Shown piece after piece: positions 31,370-46,086 of a stretch of DNA of 64,000 nucleotides. The first letter of the stretch is position 1; every line of letters starts with the position of its first letter. This DNA is from the human T2T-CHM13v2.0 reference genome, Homo sapiens, in NCBI RefSeq assembly GCF_009914755.1, contig NC_060939.1; one strand, 5' to 3'. A model generated the notes under the pieces. That model made no database searches, was not told the origin of the DNA, and saw nothing but the letters and a program-made list of their open reading frames with translations. The position numbers were made by a program, and so were the translations under genes.

Positions 31370-31726
31370 CTTCTCTCTGTCTGTTTCTCTCTGTTCGTCT
31401 CTGTCTTTCTCTCTGTGTCTCTTTCTCTGTCTGTCTGTCTCTTTCTTTCTCTCTGTCTCTGTCTCTGTCTTTGTCTCTCTCTCTCCCTCTCTGCCTGTCT
31501 CACTGTGTCTGTCTTCTGTCTTACTCTCTTTCTCTCCCCGTCTGTCTCTCTCTCTCTCTCTCCCTCCCTGTTTGTTTCTCTCTCTCCCTCCCTGTCTGTT
31601 TCTCTCTCTCTCTTTCTGTCTGTTTCTGTCTCTCTCTGTCTGTCTATGTCTTTCTCTGTCTGTCTCTTTCTCTGTCTGTCTGCCTCTCTCTTTCTTTTTC
31701 TGTGTCTCTCTGTCGGTCTCTCTCTC

Positions 31727-31761
<35 letters not shown>

Positions 31762-31953
31762 GTGCCTATCTTCTGTCTTACTCTCTTTCTCTGCCTGTCT
31801 GTCTGTCTCTCCCTCCGTTTCTGTTTCTCTCTCTCTCTCTCTCTCTCTCCCCCTCTCCCTGTCTGTTTCTCTCCGTCTCTCTCTCTTTCTGTCTGTTTCT
31901 CACTGTCTCTCTCTGTCCATCTCTCTCTCTCTCTGTCTGTCTCTTTCGTTCTC

Positions 31954-32014
<61 letters not shown>

Positions 32015-32056
32015 CTCTCTGTGTGTATCTTCTGTCTTACTCTCCTTCTCTGCCTG

Positions 32057-32090
<34 letters not shown>

Positions 32091-32538
32091 CCTTTCTGTC
32101 TCTCTCTCTCTCTGTCCCTCTCTCTTTCTGTCTGTTCCTCTCTCTCTCTCTGTCTCTGTCTTTCTCTGTCTGTCTGCCTCTCTCTTTCTTTCTCTTTCTG
32201 TGTCTCTCTGTCTCTCTCACTGTGTGTGTGTCTCTGTCTCTGCCTCTCTCTCTCTCTCTCTCTCTGTCTGTCTCTCTCACTGTGTGTGTCTGTCTTCTGT
32301 CTTACTCTCCTTCTCTGCCTGTCCGTCTGTCTGTCTGTCTCTCCCTCTCTCTCCCTCCCTTTCTGTTTCTCTCTCTCTCTCTCTCTCTTTCTGTCTGTTT
32401 CTCTCTTTCTCTCTCTGTCTGTCTCTTTCTCTGTCTGTCTGTCTCTCTCTTTCTTTTTCTCTGTCTCTCTGTCTCTCTCTGTGCCTGTCTCTCTGTCTGT
32501 GCCTATCTTCTGTCTTACTCTCTTTCTCTGGCTGACTG

Positions 32539-32579
<41 letters not shown>

Positions 32580-32680
32580 GTCTCCGTCCCTCCCTCCCTG
32601 TCTGTCTGTTTCTCTCTCTGTCCATTTCTGTCTGTCTCTTTCTCTTTCTCTCTCTTTCTTTCTCTCTGTCTCTCTCTGTC

Positions 32681-32739
<59 letters not shown>

Positions 32740-32947
32740 CTCTCTCACTGTGTCGGTCTTCTGTCTTACTCTCTTTCTCTGCCTGCCTCTCTGTCTGTCT
32801 GTCTGTCTCTCTCCCTCCATGTCTCTCTCTCTCTCTCTCTCACTCACTGTCTCTCCGTCTCTCTCTCTTTCTGTCTGTTTCTCTCTGTCTCTGTCTTTCT
32901 GTGTGTCTGTCTGTCTCTCTCTCTATTTGTCTTTCTCCCTCCCTGTC

Positions 32948-32988
<41 letters not shown>

Positions 32989-33060
32989 GTCTGTTTCTCT
33001 CTATCTCTCGCTGTCCATCTCTGTCTTTCTATGTCTGTCTCTTTCTCTGTCAGTCTGTCA
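31370..33060 (+). repeat. CT/CTGT-rich block of LR1
   Basis: ~1.7 kb pyrimidine-rich sequence. Confidence 0.95.
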
Positions 33061-33711
33061 GACACCCCCGTGCCGGGTAGGGCCCTGCCCCTTCCACGAA
33101 AGTGAGAAGCGCGTGCTTCGGTGCTTAGAGAGGCCGAGAGGAATCTAGACAGGCGGGCCTTGCTGGGCTTCCCCACTCGGTGTACGATTTCGGGAGGTCG
33201 AGGCCGGGTCCCCGCTTGGATGCGAGGGGCATTTTCAGACTTTTCTCTCGGTCACGTGTGGCGTCCGTACTTCTCCTATTTCCCCGATAAGCTCCTCGAC
33301 TTCAACATAAACGGCGTCCTAAGGGTCGATTTAGTGTCATGCCTCTTTCACCGCCACCACCGAAGATGAAAGCAAAGATCGGCTAAATACCGCGTGTTCT
33401 CATCTAGAAGTGGGAACTTACAGATGACAGTTCTTGCATGGGCAGAACGAGGGGGACCGGGGACGCGGAAGCCTGCTTGAGGGAGGAGGGGTGGAAGGAG
33501 AGACAGCTTCAGGAAGAAAACAAAACACGAATACTGTCGGACACAGCACTGACTACCCGGGTGATGAAATCATCTGCACACTGAACACCCCCGTCACAAG
33601 TTTACCTATGTCACAGTCTTGCTCATGTATGCTTGAACGACAAATAAAAGTTCGGGGGGGAGAAGAGAGGAGAGAGAGAGAGAGACGGGGAGAGAGGGGG
33701 GAGAGGGGGGG

Positions 33712-33760
<49 letters not shown>

Positions 33761-33879
33761 GTAAAACCAACCACCACCTCCTTGACCTGAGTCAGGGGGT
33801 TTCTGGCCTTTTGGGAGAACGTTCAGCGACAATGCAGTATTTGGGCCCGTTCTTTTTTTCTTCTTCTTCTTTTCTTTCT

Positions 33880-34798
<919 letters not shown>

Positions 34799-34814
34799 CT
34801 ACTGGGCTAGGGCC

Positions 34815-35330
34815 TTCTCTCTGTCTGTTTCTCTCTGTTCGTCTCTGTCTTTCTCTCTGTGTCTCTTTCTCTGTCTGTCTGTCTGTCTGTCTGTCTCTTT
34901 CTTTCTTTCTGTCTCTGTCTTTGTCCCTCTCTCTCCCTCTCTGCCTGTCTCACTGTGTCTGTCTTCTATCTTACTCTCTTTCTCTCCCCGTCTGTCTCTC
35001 TCTCACTCCCTCCCTGTCTGTTTCTCTCTCTCTCTCTTTCTGTCTGTTTCTGTCTCTCTCTGTCTGCCTCTCTCTTTCTCTATCTGTCTCTTTCTCTGTC
35101 TGTCTGCCCCTCTCTTTCTTTTTCTGTGTCTCTCTGTCTGTCTCTCTCTCTCTCTGTGCCTATCTTCTGTCTTACTCTCTTTCTCTGCCTGTCTGTCTGT
35201 CTCTCTCTGTCTCTCCCTCCCTTTCTGCTTCTCTCTCTCTCTCTCTCTCTCCCCCCTCCCTGTCTGTTTCTCTCTGTCTCCCTCTCTTTCTGTCTGTTTC
35301 TCACTGTCTCTCTCTGTCTGTCTGTTTCAT

Positions 35331-35365
<35 letters not shown>

Positions 35366-35465
35366 GTCTCTCCCTCTCTGTGTGTATCTTTTGTCTTACT
35401 CTCCTTCTCTGCCTGTCCGTCTGTCTGTCTGTCTCTCTCTCTCCCTGTCCCTCTCTCTTTCTGTC

Positions 35466-35506
<41 letters not shown>

Positions 35507-35783
35507 GTCTTTCTCTGTCTGTCCCTTTCTCTGTCTGTCTGCCTCTCTCTTTCTCTTTCTGTGTCTCTCTGTCTCTCTCTCTGTGCCTATCTTCTGTCTT
35601 ACTCTCTTTCTCTGCCTGTCTATCTGTCTGTCTCTCTCTGTCTCTCTCCCTGCCTTTCTGTTTCTCTCTCTCTCCCTCTCTCGCTCTCTCTGTCTTTCTC
35701 TCTTTCTCTCTGTTTCTCTGTCTCTCTCTGTCCGTCTCTGTCTTTTTCTGTCTGTCTGTCTCTCTCTTTCTTTCTGTCGTCTG

Positions 35784-35819
<36 letters not shown>

Positions 35820-36010
35820 TCCTTGTCTCTCTCACTGTGTCTGTCTTCTGTCTTACTCTCCTTCTCTGCCTGTCCATCTGTCTGTCTGTCTCTCTCTCTC
35901 TCTCCCTACCTTTCTGTTTCTCTCTCGCTAGCTCTCTCTCTCTCTGCCTGTTTCTCTCTTTCTCTCTCTGTCTTTCTCTGTCTGTCTCTTTCTCTGTCTG
36001 TCTGTCTCTT

Positions 36011-36055
<45 letters not shown>

Positions 36056-36298
36056 GCCTCTCTCACTGTGTCTGTCTTCTGTCTTATTCTCTTTCTCTCT
36101 CTGTCTCTCTCTCTCTCTCCTTTCCTGTCTGTTTTTCTCTCTCTCTCTCTCTTTCTGCCTGTTTCTCTCTGTCTGTCTCTGTCTTTCTCTGTCTGTCTGC
36201 CTCTCTCTTTCTTTTTCTGCGTCTCTCTGTCTCTCTCTCTCTCTCTCTGTTCCTATCTTCTGTCTTACTCTGTTTCCTTGCCTGCCTGCCTGTCTGTG

Positions 36299-36338
<40 letters not shown>

Positions 36339-36448
36339 CCTTTCTCTTTCTCTGTCTCTCTCTCTCTTTCTGGGTGTTTCTCTCTGTCTCTCTGTCCATC
36401 TCTGTCTTTCTATGTCTGTCTCTCTCTTTCTCTCTGTCTCTGTCTCTG

Positions 36449-36483
<35 letters not shown>

Positions 36484-37402
36484 GTCTCTCTCACTGTGTG
36501 TGTCTGTCTTCTGTCTTACTCTCCTTCTCTGCCTGTCCGTCTGTCTGTCTGTCTCTCCCTCTCTCTCCCTCCCTTTCTGTTTCTCTCTCTCTCTCTTTCT
36601 GTCTGTTTCTCTCTTTCTCTCTCTGTCTGTCTCTTTCTCTGTCTGTCTGTCTCTCTCTTTCTTTTTCTCTGTCTCTCTGTCTCTCTCTGTGTCTGTCTCT
36701 CTGTCTGTGCCTATCTTCTGTCTTACTCTCTTTCTCTGGCTGTCTGCCTGTCTCTCTCTCTCTCTCTGTCTGTCTCCGTCCCTCTCTCCCTGTCTGTCTG
36801 TTTCTCTCTCTGCCTCTCTCTCTCTCTGTCTGTCTCTTTCTCTGTCTGTCTGTCTCTCTCTTTCTTTTTCTCTGTCTCTCTGTCTCTCTCTGTGTCTGTC
36901 TCTCTTTCTGTGCCTATCTTCTGTCTTACTCTCTTTCTCTGGCTGTCTGCCTGTCTCTCTCTCTCTGCCTGTCTCCGTCCCTCCCTCCCTGTCTGTCTGT
37001 TTCTCTCTCTGTCTCTGTCTCTCTGTCCATCTCTGTCTGTCTCTTTCTCTTTCTCTCTCTCTGTCTCTGTCTCTCTCTCTCTCTGCCTGTCTCTCTCACT
37101 GTGTCTGTCTTCTGTCTTACTCTCTTTCTCTGCCTGCCTCTCTGTCTGTCTGTCTCTCTCCCTCCATGTCTCTCTCTCTCTCTCACTCACTCTCTCTCCG
37201 TCTCTCTCTCTTTCTGTCTGTTTCTCTCTCTGTCTGTCTCTCTCCCTCCATGTCTCTCTCTCTCTCTCTCTCACTCACTCTCTCTCCGTCTCTCTCTCTC
37301 TTTCTGTCTGTTTCTCTCTCTGTCTGTCTCTCTCCCTCCATGTCTCTCTCTCTCCCTCTCACTCACTCTCTCTCCGTCTCTCTCTCTCTTTCTGTCTGTT
37401 TC

Positions 37403-37463
<61 letters not shown>

Positions 37464-37496
37464 GTCTTTCTCCCTCCCTGTCTGTCTGTCTGTCTC

Positions 37497-37529
<33 letters not shown>

Positions 37530-37610
37530 TTCTCTTTCTGTCTGTTTCTCTCTATCTCTCGCTGTCCATCTCTGTCTTTCTATGTCTGTCTCTTTCTCTG
37601 TCAGTCTGTC
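34815..37610 (+). repeat. CT/CTGT-rich block of LR2
   Basis: ~2.8 kb pyrimidine-rich sequence. Confidence 0.95.
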
Positions 37611-37869
37611 AGACACCCCCGTGCCGGGTAGGGCCCTGCCCCTTCCACGAGAGTGAGAAGCGCGTGCTTCGGTGCTTAGAGAGGCCGAGAGGAATCTAGA
37701 CAGGCGGGCCTTGCTGGGCTTCCCCACTCGGTGTACGATTTCGGGAGGTCGAGGCCGGGTCCCCGCTTGGATGCGAGGGGCATTTTCAGACTTTTCTCTC
37801 GGTCACGTGTGGCGTCCGTACTTCTCCTATTTCCCCGATAAGCTCCTCGACTTCAACATAAACTGTGAA

Positions 37870-38082
37870 GGCCGGACGCAACACGGCGAAACCCCGTCTC
37901 TACTAAAAATACAAAGCTGAGTCGGGAGCGGTGGGGCAGGCCCCTGTAATGCCAGCTCCTCGGGAGGCTGAGGCGGGAGAATCGCTTGAACCAGGGAAGC
38001 GGAGGCTGCAGGGAGCCGAGATCGCGCCACTGCACTACGGCCCAGGCTGTAGAGTGAGTGAGACTCGGTCTCTAAATAAATA
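37870..38082 (+). mobile_element. 5'-truncated Alu
   Basis: AACACGGCGAAACCCCGTCTCTACTAAAAATACA...GAGACTCGGTCTC. Confidence 0.85.
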
Positions 38083-38099
38083 CGGAAATTAATTAATTC

Positions 38100-38345
38100 A
38101 TTAATTCTTTTCCCTGCTGACGGACATTTGCAGGCAGGCATCGGTTGTCTTCGGGCATCACCTAGCGGCCACTGTTATTGAAAGTCGACGTGACACGGAG
38201 GGAGGTCTCGCCGACTTCACCGAGCCTGGGGCAACGGGTTTCTCTCTCTCCCTTCTGGAGGCCCCTCCCTCTCTCCCTCGTTGCCTAGGGAACCTCGCCT
38301 AGGGAACCTCCGCCCTGGCGGGGGCCCTATTGTTCTTTGATCGGC
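38100..38345. promoter_or_regulatory. IGS28-region element with a CTCF-like motif, paralog of 5740-5970
   Basis: Minus strand TGGCCGCTAGGTGATGCC. Colinear similarity to 5740-5970. Confidence 0.55.
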
Positions 38346-39265
38346 GCTTTACTTTTCTTTGTGTTTTGGCGCCTAGACTCTTCTACTTGGGCTTTGGGAA
38401 GGGTCAGTTTAATTTTCAAGTTGCCCCCCGGCTCCCCCCACTACCCACGTCCCTTCACCTTAATTTAGTGAGTCGGTTAGGTGGGTTTCCCCCAAACCGC
38501 CCCCCCCCCCCCGCCTCCCAACACCCTGCTTGGAAACCTTCCAGAGCCACCCCGGTGTGCCTCCGTCTTCTCTCCCCTTCCCCCACCCCTTGCCGGCGAT
38601 CTCATTCTTGCCAGGCTGACATTTGCATCGGTGGGCGTCAGGCCTCACTCGGGGGCCACCGTTTTTGAAGATGGGGGCGGCACGGTCCCACTTCCCCGGA
38701 GGCAGCTTGGGCCGATGGCATAGCCCCTTGACCCGCGTGGGCAAGCGGGCGGGTCTGCAGTTGTGAGGCTTTTCCCCCCGCTGCTTCCCGCCTCAGGCCT
38801 CCCTCCCTAGGAAAGCTTCACCCTGGCTGGGTCTCGGTCACCTTTTATCACGATGTTTTAGTTTCTCCGCCCTCCGGCCAGCAGAGTTTCACAATGCGAA
38901 GGGCGCCACGGCTCTAGTCTGGGCCTTCTCAGTACTTGCCCAAAATAGAAACGCTTTCTGAAAACTAATAACTTTGCTCACTTAAGATTTCCAGGGACGG
39001 CGCCTTGGCCCGTGTTTGTTGGCTTGTTTTGTTTCGTTCTGTTTTGTTTTGTTCGTGTTTTTCCTTTCTCGTATGTCTTTCTTTTCAGGTGAAGTAGAAA
39101 TCCCCAGTTTTCAGGAAGACGTCTATTTTCCCCAAGACACGTTAGCTGCCGTTTTTTCCTGTTGTGAACTAGCGCTTTTGTGACTCTCTCAACGTGCAGT
39201 GAGAGCCGGTTGATGTTTACTATCCTTCATCATGACATCTTATTTTCTAGAAATCCGTAGGCGAA

Positions 39266-39352
39266 TGCTGCTGCTGCTCTTGTTGCTGTTGTTGTTGTTG
39301 TTGTTGTCGTCGTTGCTGTTGTCGTTGTCGTTGTTGTTGTCGTTGTCGTTGT
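39266..39352 (+). repeat. (GCT/GTT/GTC)n trinucleotide repeat
   Basis: Directly visible. Confidence 0.9.
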
Positions 39353-39439
39353 TTTCAAAGTATACCCCGGCCACCGTTTATGGGATCAAAAGCATTATAA
39401 AATATGTGTGATTATTTCTTGAGCACGCCCTTCCTCCCC

Positions 39440-40026
39440 CTCTCTCTGTCTCTCTGTCTGTCTCTGTCTCTCTCTTTCTCTGTCTGTCTTCTCTCTCTCT
39501 CTCTCTCTGTGTCTCTCTCTCTCTGCCTGTCTGTTTCTCTCTCTCTGCCTCTCTCTCTCTCTCTCTCTCTGCCTGTCTCTCTCACTGTGTCTGTCTTCTG
39601 TCTTACTCCCTTTCTCTGTCTGTCTGTCGGTCTCTCTCTCTCTCTCTCCCTGTCTGTATGTTTCTCTCTGTCTCTGTCTCTCTCTCTCTTTCTGTTTCTC
39701 TCTCTCCGTCTCTGTCTTTCTCTGACTGTCTCTCTCTTTCCTTCTCTCTGTCTCTCTCTGCCTGTCTCTCTCACTCTGTCTTCTGTCTTACTCTCTCTCT
39801 CTGCCTGCCTGTCTCTCTCACTCTCTCTCTCTGTGTGTCTCTCTCTCTCTTTCTGTTTCTCTCTGTCTCTCTGTCCGTCTCTGTCTTTCTCTGTCTGTCT
39901 CTTTGTCTGTCTGTCTTTGTCTTTCCTTCTCTCTGTCTCTGTCTCTCTCACTGTGTCTGTCTTCTGTCTTAGTCTCTCTCTCTCTCTCTCCCTGTCTGTC
40001 TGTCTCTCTCTCTCTCTCCCCCTGTC

Positions 40027-40071
<45 letters not shown>

Positions 40072-40344
40072 TTGTCTTTCTTTCTGTCTCTGTCTCTCTC
40101 TCTCTCTCTGTGTGTCTGTCTTCTGTCTTACTGTCTTTCTCTGCCTGTCTGTCTGTCTGTCTCTCTCTGTCTGTCTCTCTCTCTCTCTCCCCCCTGTCGG
40201 CTGTTTCTCTGTCTCTGTCTGTGTCTCTCTTTCTGTCTGTTTCTCTCTGTCTGTCTTTCTCTCTCTGTCTCTTTCTCTCTGTCTCTCTGTCTGTCTCTGT
40301 CTCTCTCTCTGTCTCTCTCTCTCTGTGGGGGGGTGTGTGTGTGT

Positions 40345-40381
<37 letters not shown>

Positions 40382-40632
40382 TGCCTTCTGTCTTACTCTC
40401 TTTCTCTGCCTGTCTGTCTGCCTGTCTGTTTGTCTCTCTCTCTCTGCCTGTCTCTCTCCCTTCCTGTCTGTTTCTCTCTCTTTCTGTTTCTCTCTGTCTC
40501 TGTCCATCTCTGTCTTTCTCCGTCTGTCTCTTTATCTGTCTCTCTCCGTCTGTCTCTTTATCTGTCTCTCTCTCTCTTTCTGTCTTTCTCTCTCTGTGTA
40601 TCGTTGTCTCTCTCTGTCTGTCTCTGTCTCTG

Positions 40633-40665
<33 letters not shown>

Positions 40666-40725
40666 GTCTGTCTGTCCGTCTGTCTGTCTCGGTCTCTGGC
40701 TCTCGCTATCTCCCGCCCTCTCTTT
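39440..40725 (+). repeat. Third CT/CTGT-rich block with internal (TG)n
   Basis: Directly visible. Confidence 0.95.
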
Positions 40726-42008
40726 TTTTGCAAAAGAAGCTCAAGTACATCTAATCTAATCCCTTACCAAGGCCTGAATTCTTCACTTCTGACATCCCAG
40801 ATTTGATCTCCCTACAGAATGCTGTACAGAACTGGCGAGTTGATTTCTGGACTTGGATACCTCATAGAAACTACATATGAATAAAGATCCAATCCTAAAA
40901 TCTGGGGTGGCTTCTCCCTCGACTGTCTCGAAAAATCGTACCTCTGTTCCCCTAGGATGCCGGAAGAGTTTTCTCAATGTGCATCTGCCCGTGTCCTAAG
41001 TGATCTGTGACCGAGCCCTGTCCGTCCTGTCTCAAATATGTACGTGCAAACACTTCTCTCCATTTCCACAACTACCCACGGCCCCTTGTGGAACCACTGG
41101 CTCTTTGAAAAAAATCCCAGAAGTGGTTTTGGCTTTTTGGCTAGGAGGCCTAAGCCTGCTGAGAACTTTCCTGCCCAGGATCCTGTGTGACCAAAAGTGC
41201 CTCTGCTGGGAGCTGGGATCCTCGGGACCATGCTTGCTAGCGCTGGATGAGTCTCTGGAAGGACGCACGGGACTCCGCAAAGCTGACCTGTCCCACCGAG
41301 GTCAAATGGATACCTCTGCATTGGCCCGAGGCCTCCGAAGTACATCACCGTCACCAACCGTCACCGTCAGCATCCTTGTGAGCCTGCCCAAGGCCCCGCC
41401 TCCGGGGAGACTCTTGGGAGCCCGGCCTTCGTCGGCTAAAGTCCAAAGGGATGGTGACTTCCACCCACAAGGTCCCCACTGAACGGCGAAGATGTGGAGC
41501 GTAGGTCAGAGAGGGGACCAGGAGGGGAGACGTCCCGACAGGCGACGAGTTCCCAAGGCTCTGGCCACCCCACCCACGCCCCACGCCCCACGTCCCGGGC
41601 ACCCGCGGGACACCGCCGCTTTATCCCCTCCTCTGTCCACAGCCGGCCCCACCCCACCACGCAACCCACGCACACACGCTGGAGGTTCCAAAACCACACG
41701 GTGTGACTAGAGCCTGACGGAGCGAGAGCCCATTTCACGAGGTGGGAGGGGTGGGGGTGGGGTGGGTTGGGGGTTGTGGGGTCTGTGGCGAGCCCGATTC
41801 TCCCTCTTGGGTGGCTACAGGCTAGAAATGAATATCGCTTCTTGGGCGGAGGGGCTTCCTTAGGCCATCACCGCTTGCGGGACTACCTCTCAAACCCTCC
41901 CTTGAGGCCACAAAATAGATTCCACCCCACCCATCGACGTTTCCCCCGGGTGCTGGATGTATCCTGTCAAGAGACCTGAGCCTGACACCGTCGAATTAAA
42001 CACCTTGA

Positions 42009-42242
<234 letters not shown>

Positions 42243-42287
42243 TAGATTCGAGCCACACCTCATTCCGTGCCACAGAGAGACTTCTTT

Positions 42288-45200
42288 TTTTTTTTTTTTT
42301 TAAGCGCAACGCAACATGTCTGCCTTATTTGAGTGGCTTCCTATATCATTATAATTGTGTTATAGATGAAGAAACGGTATTAAACACTGTGCTAATGATA
42401 GTGAAAGTGAAGACAAAAGAAAGGCTATCTATTTTGTGGTTAGAATAAAGTTGCTCAGTATTTAGAGCTACCTAAATACGTCAGCATTTACACTCTTCCT
42501 AGTAAAAGCTGGCCAATCTGAATAATCCTCCTTTAAACAAACACAATTTTTGATAGGGTTAAGATTTTTTTAAGAATGCGACTCCTGCAAAATAGCTGAA
42601 CAGACGATACACATTTAAAAAAATAACAACACAAGGATCAACCAGACTTGGGAAAAAATCGAAAACCACACAAGTCTTATGAAGAACTGAGTTCTTAAAA
42701 TAGGACGGAGAACGTAGCTATCGGAAGAGAAGGCAGTATTGGCAAGTTGATTGTTACGTTGGTCAGCAGTAGCTGGCACTATCTTTTTGGCCATCTTTCG
42801 GGCAATGTAACTACTACAGCAAAATGAGATATGATCCATGAAACAACATATTCGCAAATCAAAAAGTGTTTCAGTAATATAATGCTTCAGATTTAGAAGC
42901 AAATCAAATGATAGAACTCCACTGCTGTAATAAGTCACCCCAAAGATCACCGTATCTGACAAAATAACTACCACAGGGTTATGACTTCAGAATCATACTT
43001 TCTCTTGATATTTACTTATGTATGTATTTATTTTTTTTAATTTATTTCTCTTGAGACGGCGTCTCGCTCTGTCGCCCAGGCTGGAGTGCGATGGTGTGAT
43101 CTCGGCTCACTGCAACCGCCACCTCCCTGGGTTCAAGCGATTCTCCTGCCTCAGCCTCCCGAGTAGCTGGGACTACAGGTGCCCGCCACCACGCCCAGCT
43201 AATCTTTATACTTTTAATAGAGACGGGGTTTCACCGTGTCGGCCCGGATGGTCTCGATCTCTTGACCTCGTGACCCGCCCGCCTCGGCCTCCCAAAGTGC
43301 TGGGATGACAGGCGTGAGCCACTGAGCCCGGCCTTCTCTTGACGTTTAAACTATGAAGTCAGTCCAGAGAAACGCAATAAATGTCAACGGTGAGGATGGT
43401 GTTGAGGCAGAAGTAGGACCACACTTTTTCCTATCTTATTCAGTTGATAACAATATGACCTAGGTAGTAATTTCCTATGTGCCTACTTATACACGAGTAC
43501 AAAAGAGTAAAACAGAGAGACTGCTAAATTAAAGGGTACGTGAAGTTCTTCATAGTAACTCCGTAAACTGGAACACTGTCAAAAAGCAGCAGCTAGTGAA
43601 TTGTTTCCATGTATTTTTCTATGATCCAATAAGTGAACTATGCTATTCCTTTCCAGTCTCCCAAGCACTTCTTGTCCCCATCACCACTTCGGTGCTCGAA
43701 GAAAAAGTAACAAATCAAGGAACACAACTAAAGAAACACACACACAAACCAAAGACAACTACAGCGTCTGCAAAAGTTTGCTAGAAGACTGAAACTGTTG
43801 AGTATAAGGATCTGGTATTCTACGATGATCATGAGTTCACTTCAGAGTTTGTTCAAGACATACGTTTCGTAAGGAAACATCTTAGTTAGAAGTTATTCAG
43901 CAGTAGGTACCATCCCTAAGTATTTTTCACCAAATTCGTGACAATAAAGAGCTATCTAACCAGAAAAATTAGCGAGTACCGGCACCATCCATAGGGCTTT
44001 GTCTTTACGCTTCATTAGCACTTACCATGCCTTACAATGTCTAGGATTGACCCTGATAGCATTTCGAAAACAAGCTAATGCTTTGTCCAGTTCTTCAGTG
44101 AAGACAAGCTCACGCCCTAATGCGCTATAGGCATAAGCATCATTTGGATCCACTTCGAGAGTTCTCTGGAAGAATTGAATCGCAATATCGTGTTCCCGTT
44201 GCAGACCGAAACAGTTCCCTGCAGCACACCAGGCCTCTGGCTGGCGAATTTTTATCCATGTCTGTGAAGTCTTTGGACAGAACTGAAAGAGCAACCTCTT
44301 TCGGAGGATGCCAAAGTGTTGTAGAGTAGATCTCCATGCCTTCGACTCTGTAATTCTCAATCCTCCTAACCTCTGAGAATTGTCTTTCAGCTTGCGTGGA
44401 CTCTGAAAGTTTACAATAGGCCCTTCCGATTTGGCACAGTACCCAACCGGTATTGCAGTGGTGAGAAGCTAGATGGCTCAAGATGCTGATAGCTTCTTTG
44501 CCGTGGTAAGAACACAAAGCTAAATAACCTTTCCCCCTTTCACGAAGAAGGCTCATCAAGCCTTCCGCTGCTGCTTTTTGTAGATTAAAAGCCTGAATCT
44601 GAGGCGCGATTGCGGCTATTTTCCCTTCTGAAATGACGGAAGAGTCCAATTTTGTCACTTCCAGGCTATCACTTATGTTCGGTGGAGTTATTGCTCCTTT
44701 ATTAGTTTTACTTTTGGTTCTTCTGTTTGGGATTTTAGGTGGAAACTTCATTTTTAATTTTCTCCTATTCTCCTCGGTTGTGGAGCTGTCACTAGTCAAG
44801 AGTCGTGAATTTCTTCGAGGCGGTGCATTTGGGGGAGATGCCATAGTGGGGCTCAATACCTGAGGTGTTGCCCTTGTCGGCGGACCAGAACTTTGTGTTT
44901 TTGCAAGGACTGGAGTTACCTTTCGGCTCTTTCCCCTCTGCGAGAAGACAGACGGTGTTCCGGTTTGGCCGATTCTGGCAACAGGCTTTTCTGAAGGGGC
45001 TCCGGTGGATGGCACGTCAATGACAGACGGTGTCTCATACCAGTGCAGTTTTGTCAATAGGGTCCGTCTCCGGGACTTGGGGTTTCTAATGGCAAAATGC
45101 CAACACTTGGGGTTAATGGACTAACAGCTGCTGGTCCTCCTAATAAACTTCGACCAGTTTTTGGTTTATGTTGAACCTGTTTAGATCATATGGAAGTTCC

Positions 45201-46086
45201 TGTTCCCAGTGGGACAGTATCAGGTGAAAGGACAGCTGAATCGATAGAAGACACTGGGGAGTCTGTATTCAAGGAGTACTTTGAATTGGAAGATTCTAAA
45301 TTCCATCCGTTTCATTCGACGGTGTCCTGGGGTGTTTCCGTAAGAACGGTCTCGGGCTGTCTGTGACATAAACTAGGACGAGGTCCAAGTGTTGTGGCGC
45401 AACACTTGGACAGGCAGTTGCTAAAGCTCTCTAGAGAGGTGAATCAAAATGTTTGGTCAGGATCTGGCTTTTCCCCCCTATTTCACATCATGATTCAAAG
45501 GGACACCAGAGGAAAGGATTTCAACGAAGGCTCTTTTGGTCACATTCTGATCCTTTGGTAAGCCGATCTGTCTTGCAATATACATGTCCCGACGATGGAA
45601 GGGGAAAGCGAGCTGAATCACCAAACTCAGGAACGATAATATCATCGTGGCTTTTCTGCTTATGAAACACTCCACCCGATAAGATTTGATCCCCTTCTGC
45701 AAGCTTGCTGAGATCAACACAACATTTCGCAAGCAGGCATTTGCATTGCGGGGTAGTACAACTGTGTCCTTTCAAGAGTCTATATGTTTTATAGGCCTTT
45801 CCTGAGCGGTAAGAACAGGTCGCCAGTAAGAACAAGGCTTCTTCTGAGTGTACTTCTGCATAAAGGCGTTCTGCGGGGGAAACCGCATCTCGGTAGGCAT
45901 AGTGGTTTAGTGCTTGCCATATAGCAGCCTGGACGGGTCCCTGCAGCACCGCCATCCTCGAGGCTCAGGCCCACTTTCTGCAGTGCCACAGGCACCCCCC
46001 CCCCCCCCCATAGCGGCTCCGGCCCGGCCAGCCTCGGCTCATTTAAAGGCACCAGCCGCCGTTACCGGGGGATGGGGGAGTCCGAG
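42288..46086 (-). pseudogene. CDC27P: Complete CDC27 retrocopy (spliced part 44026-46086; intron-like 3' extension with Alu 42302-44025; polyA), copy 2
   Basis: CDC27 homology, GTAAGT donor at the end of homology, T17 tract, and 14/16 flanking direct repeats. Confidence 0.85.
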
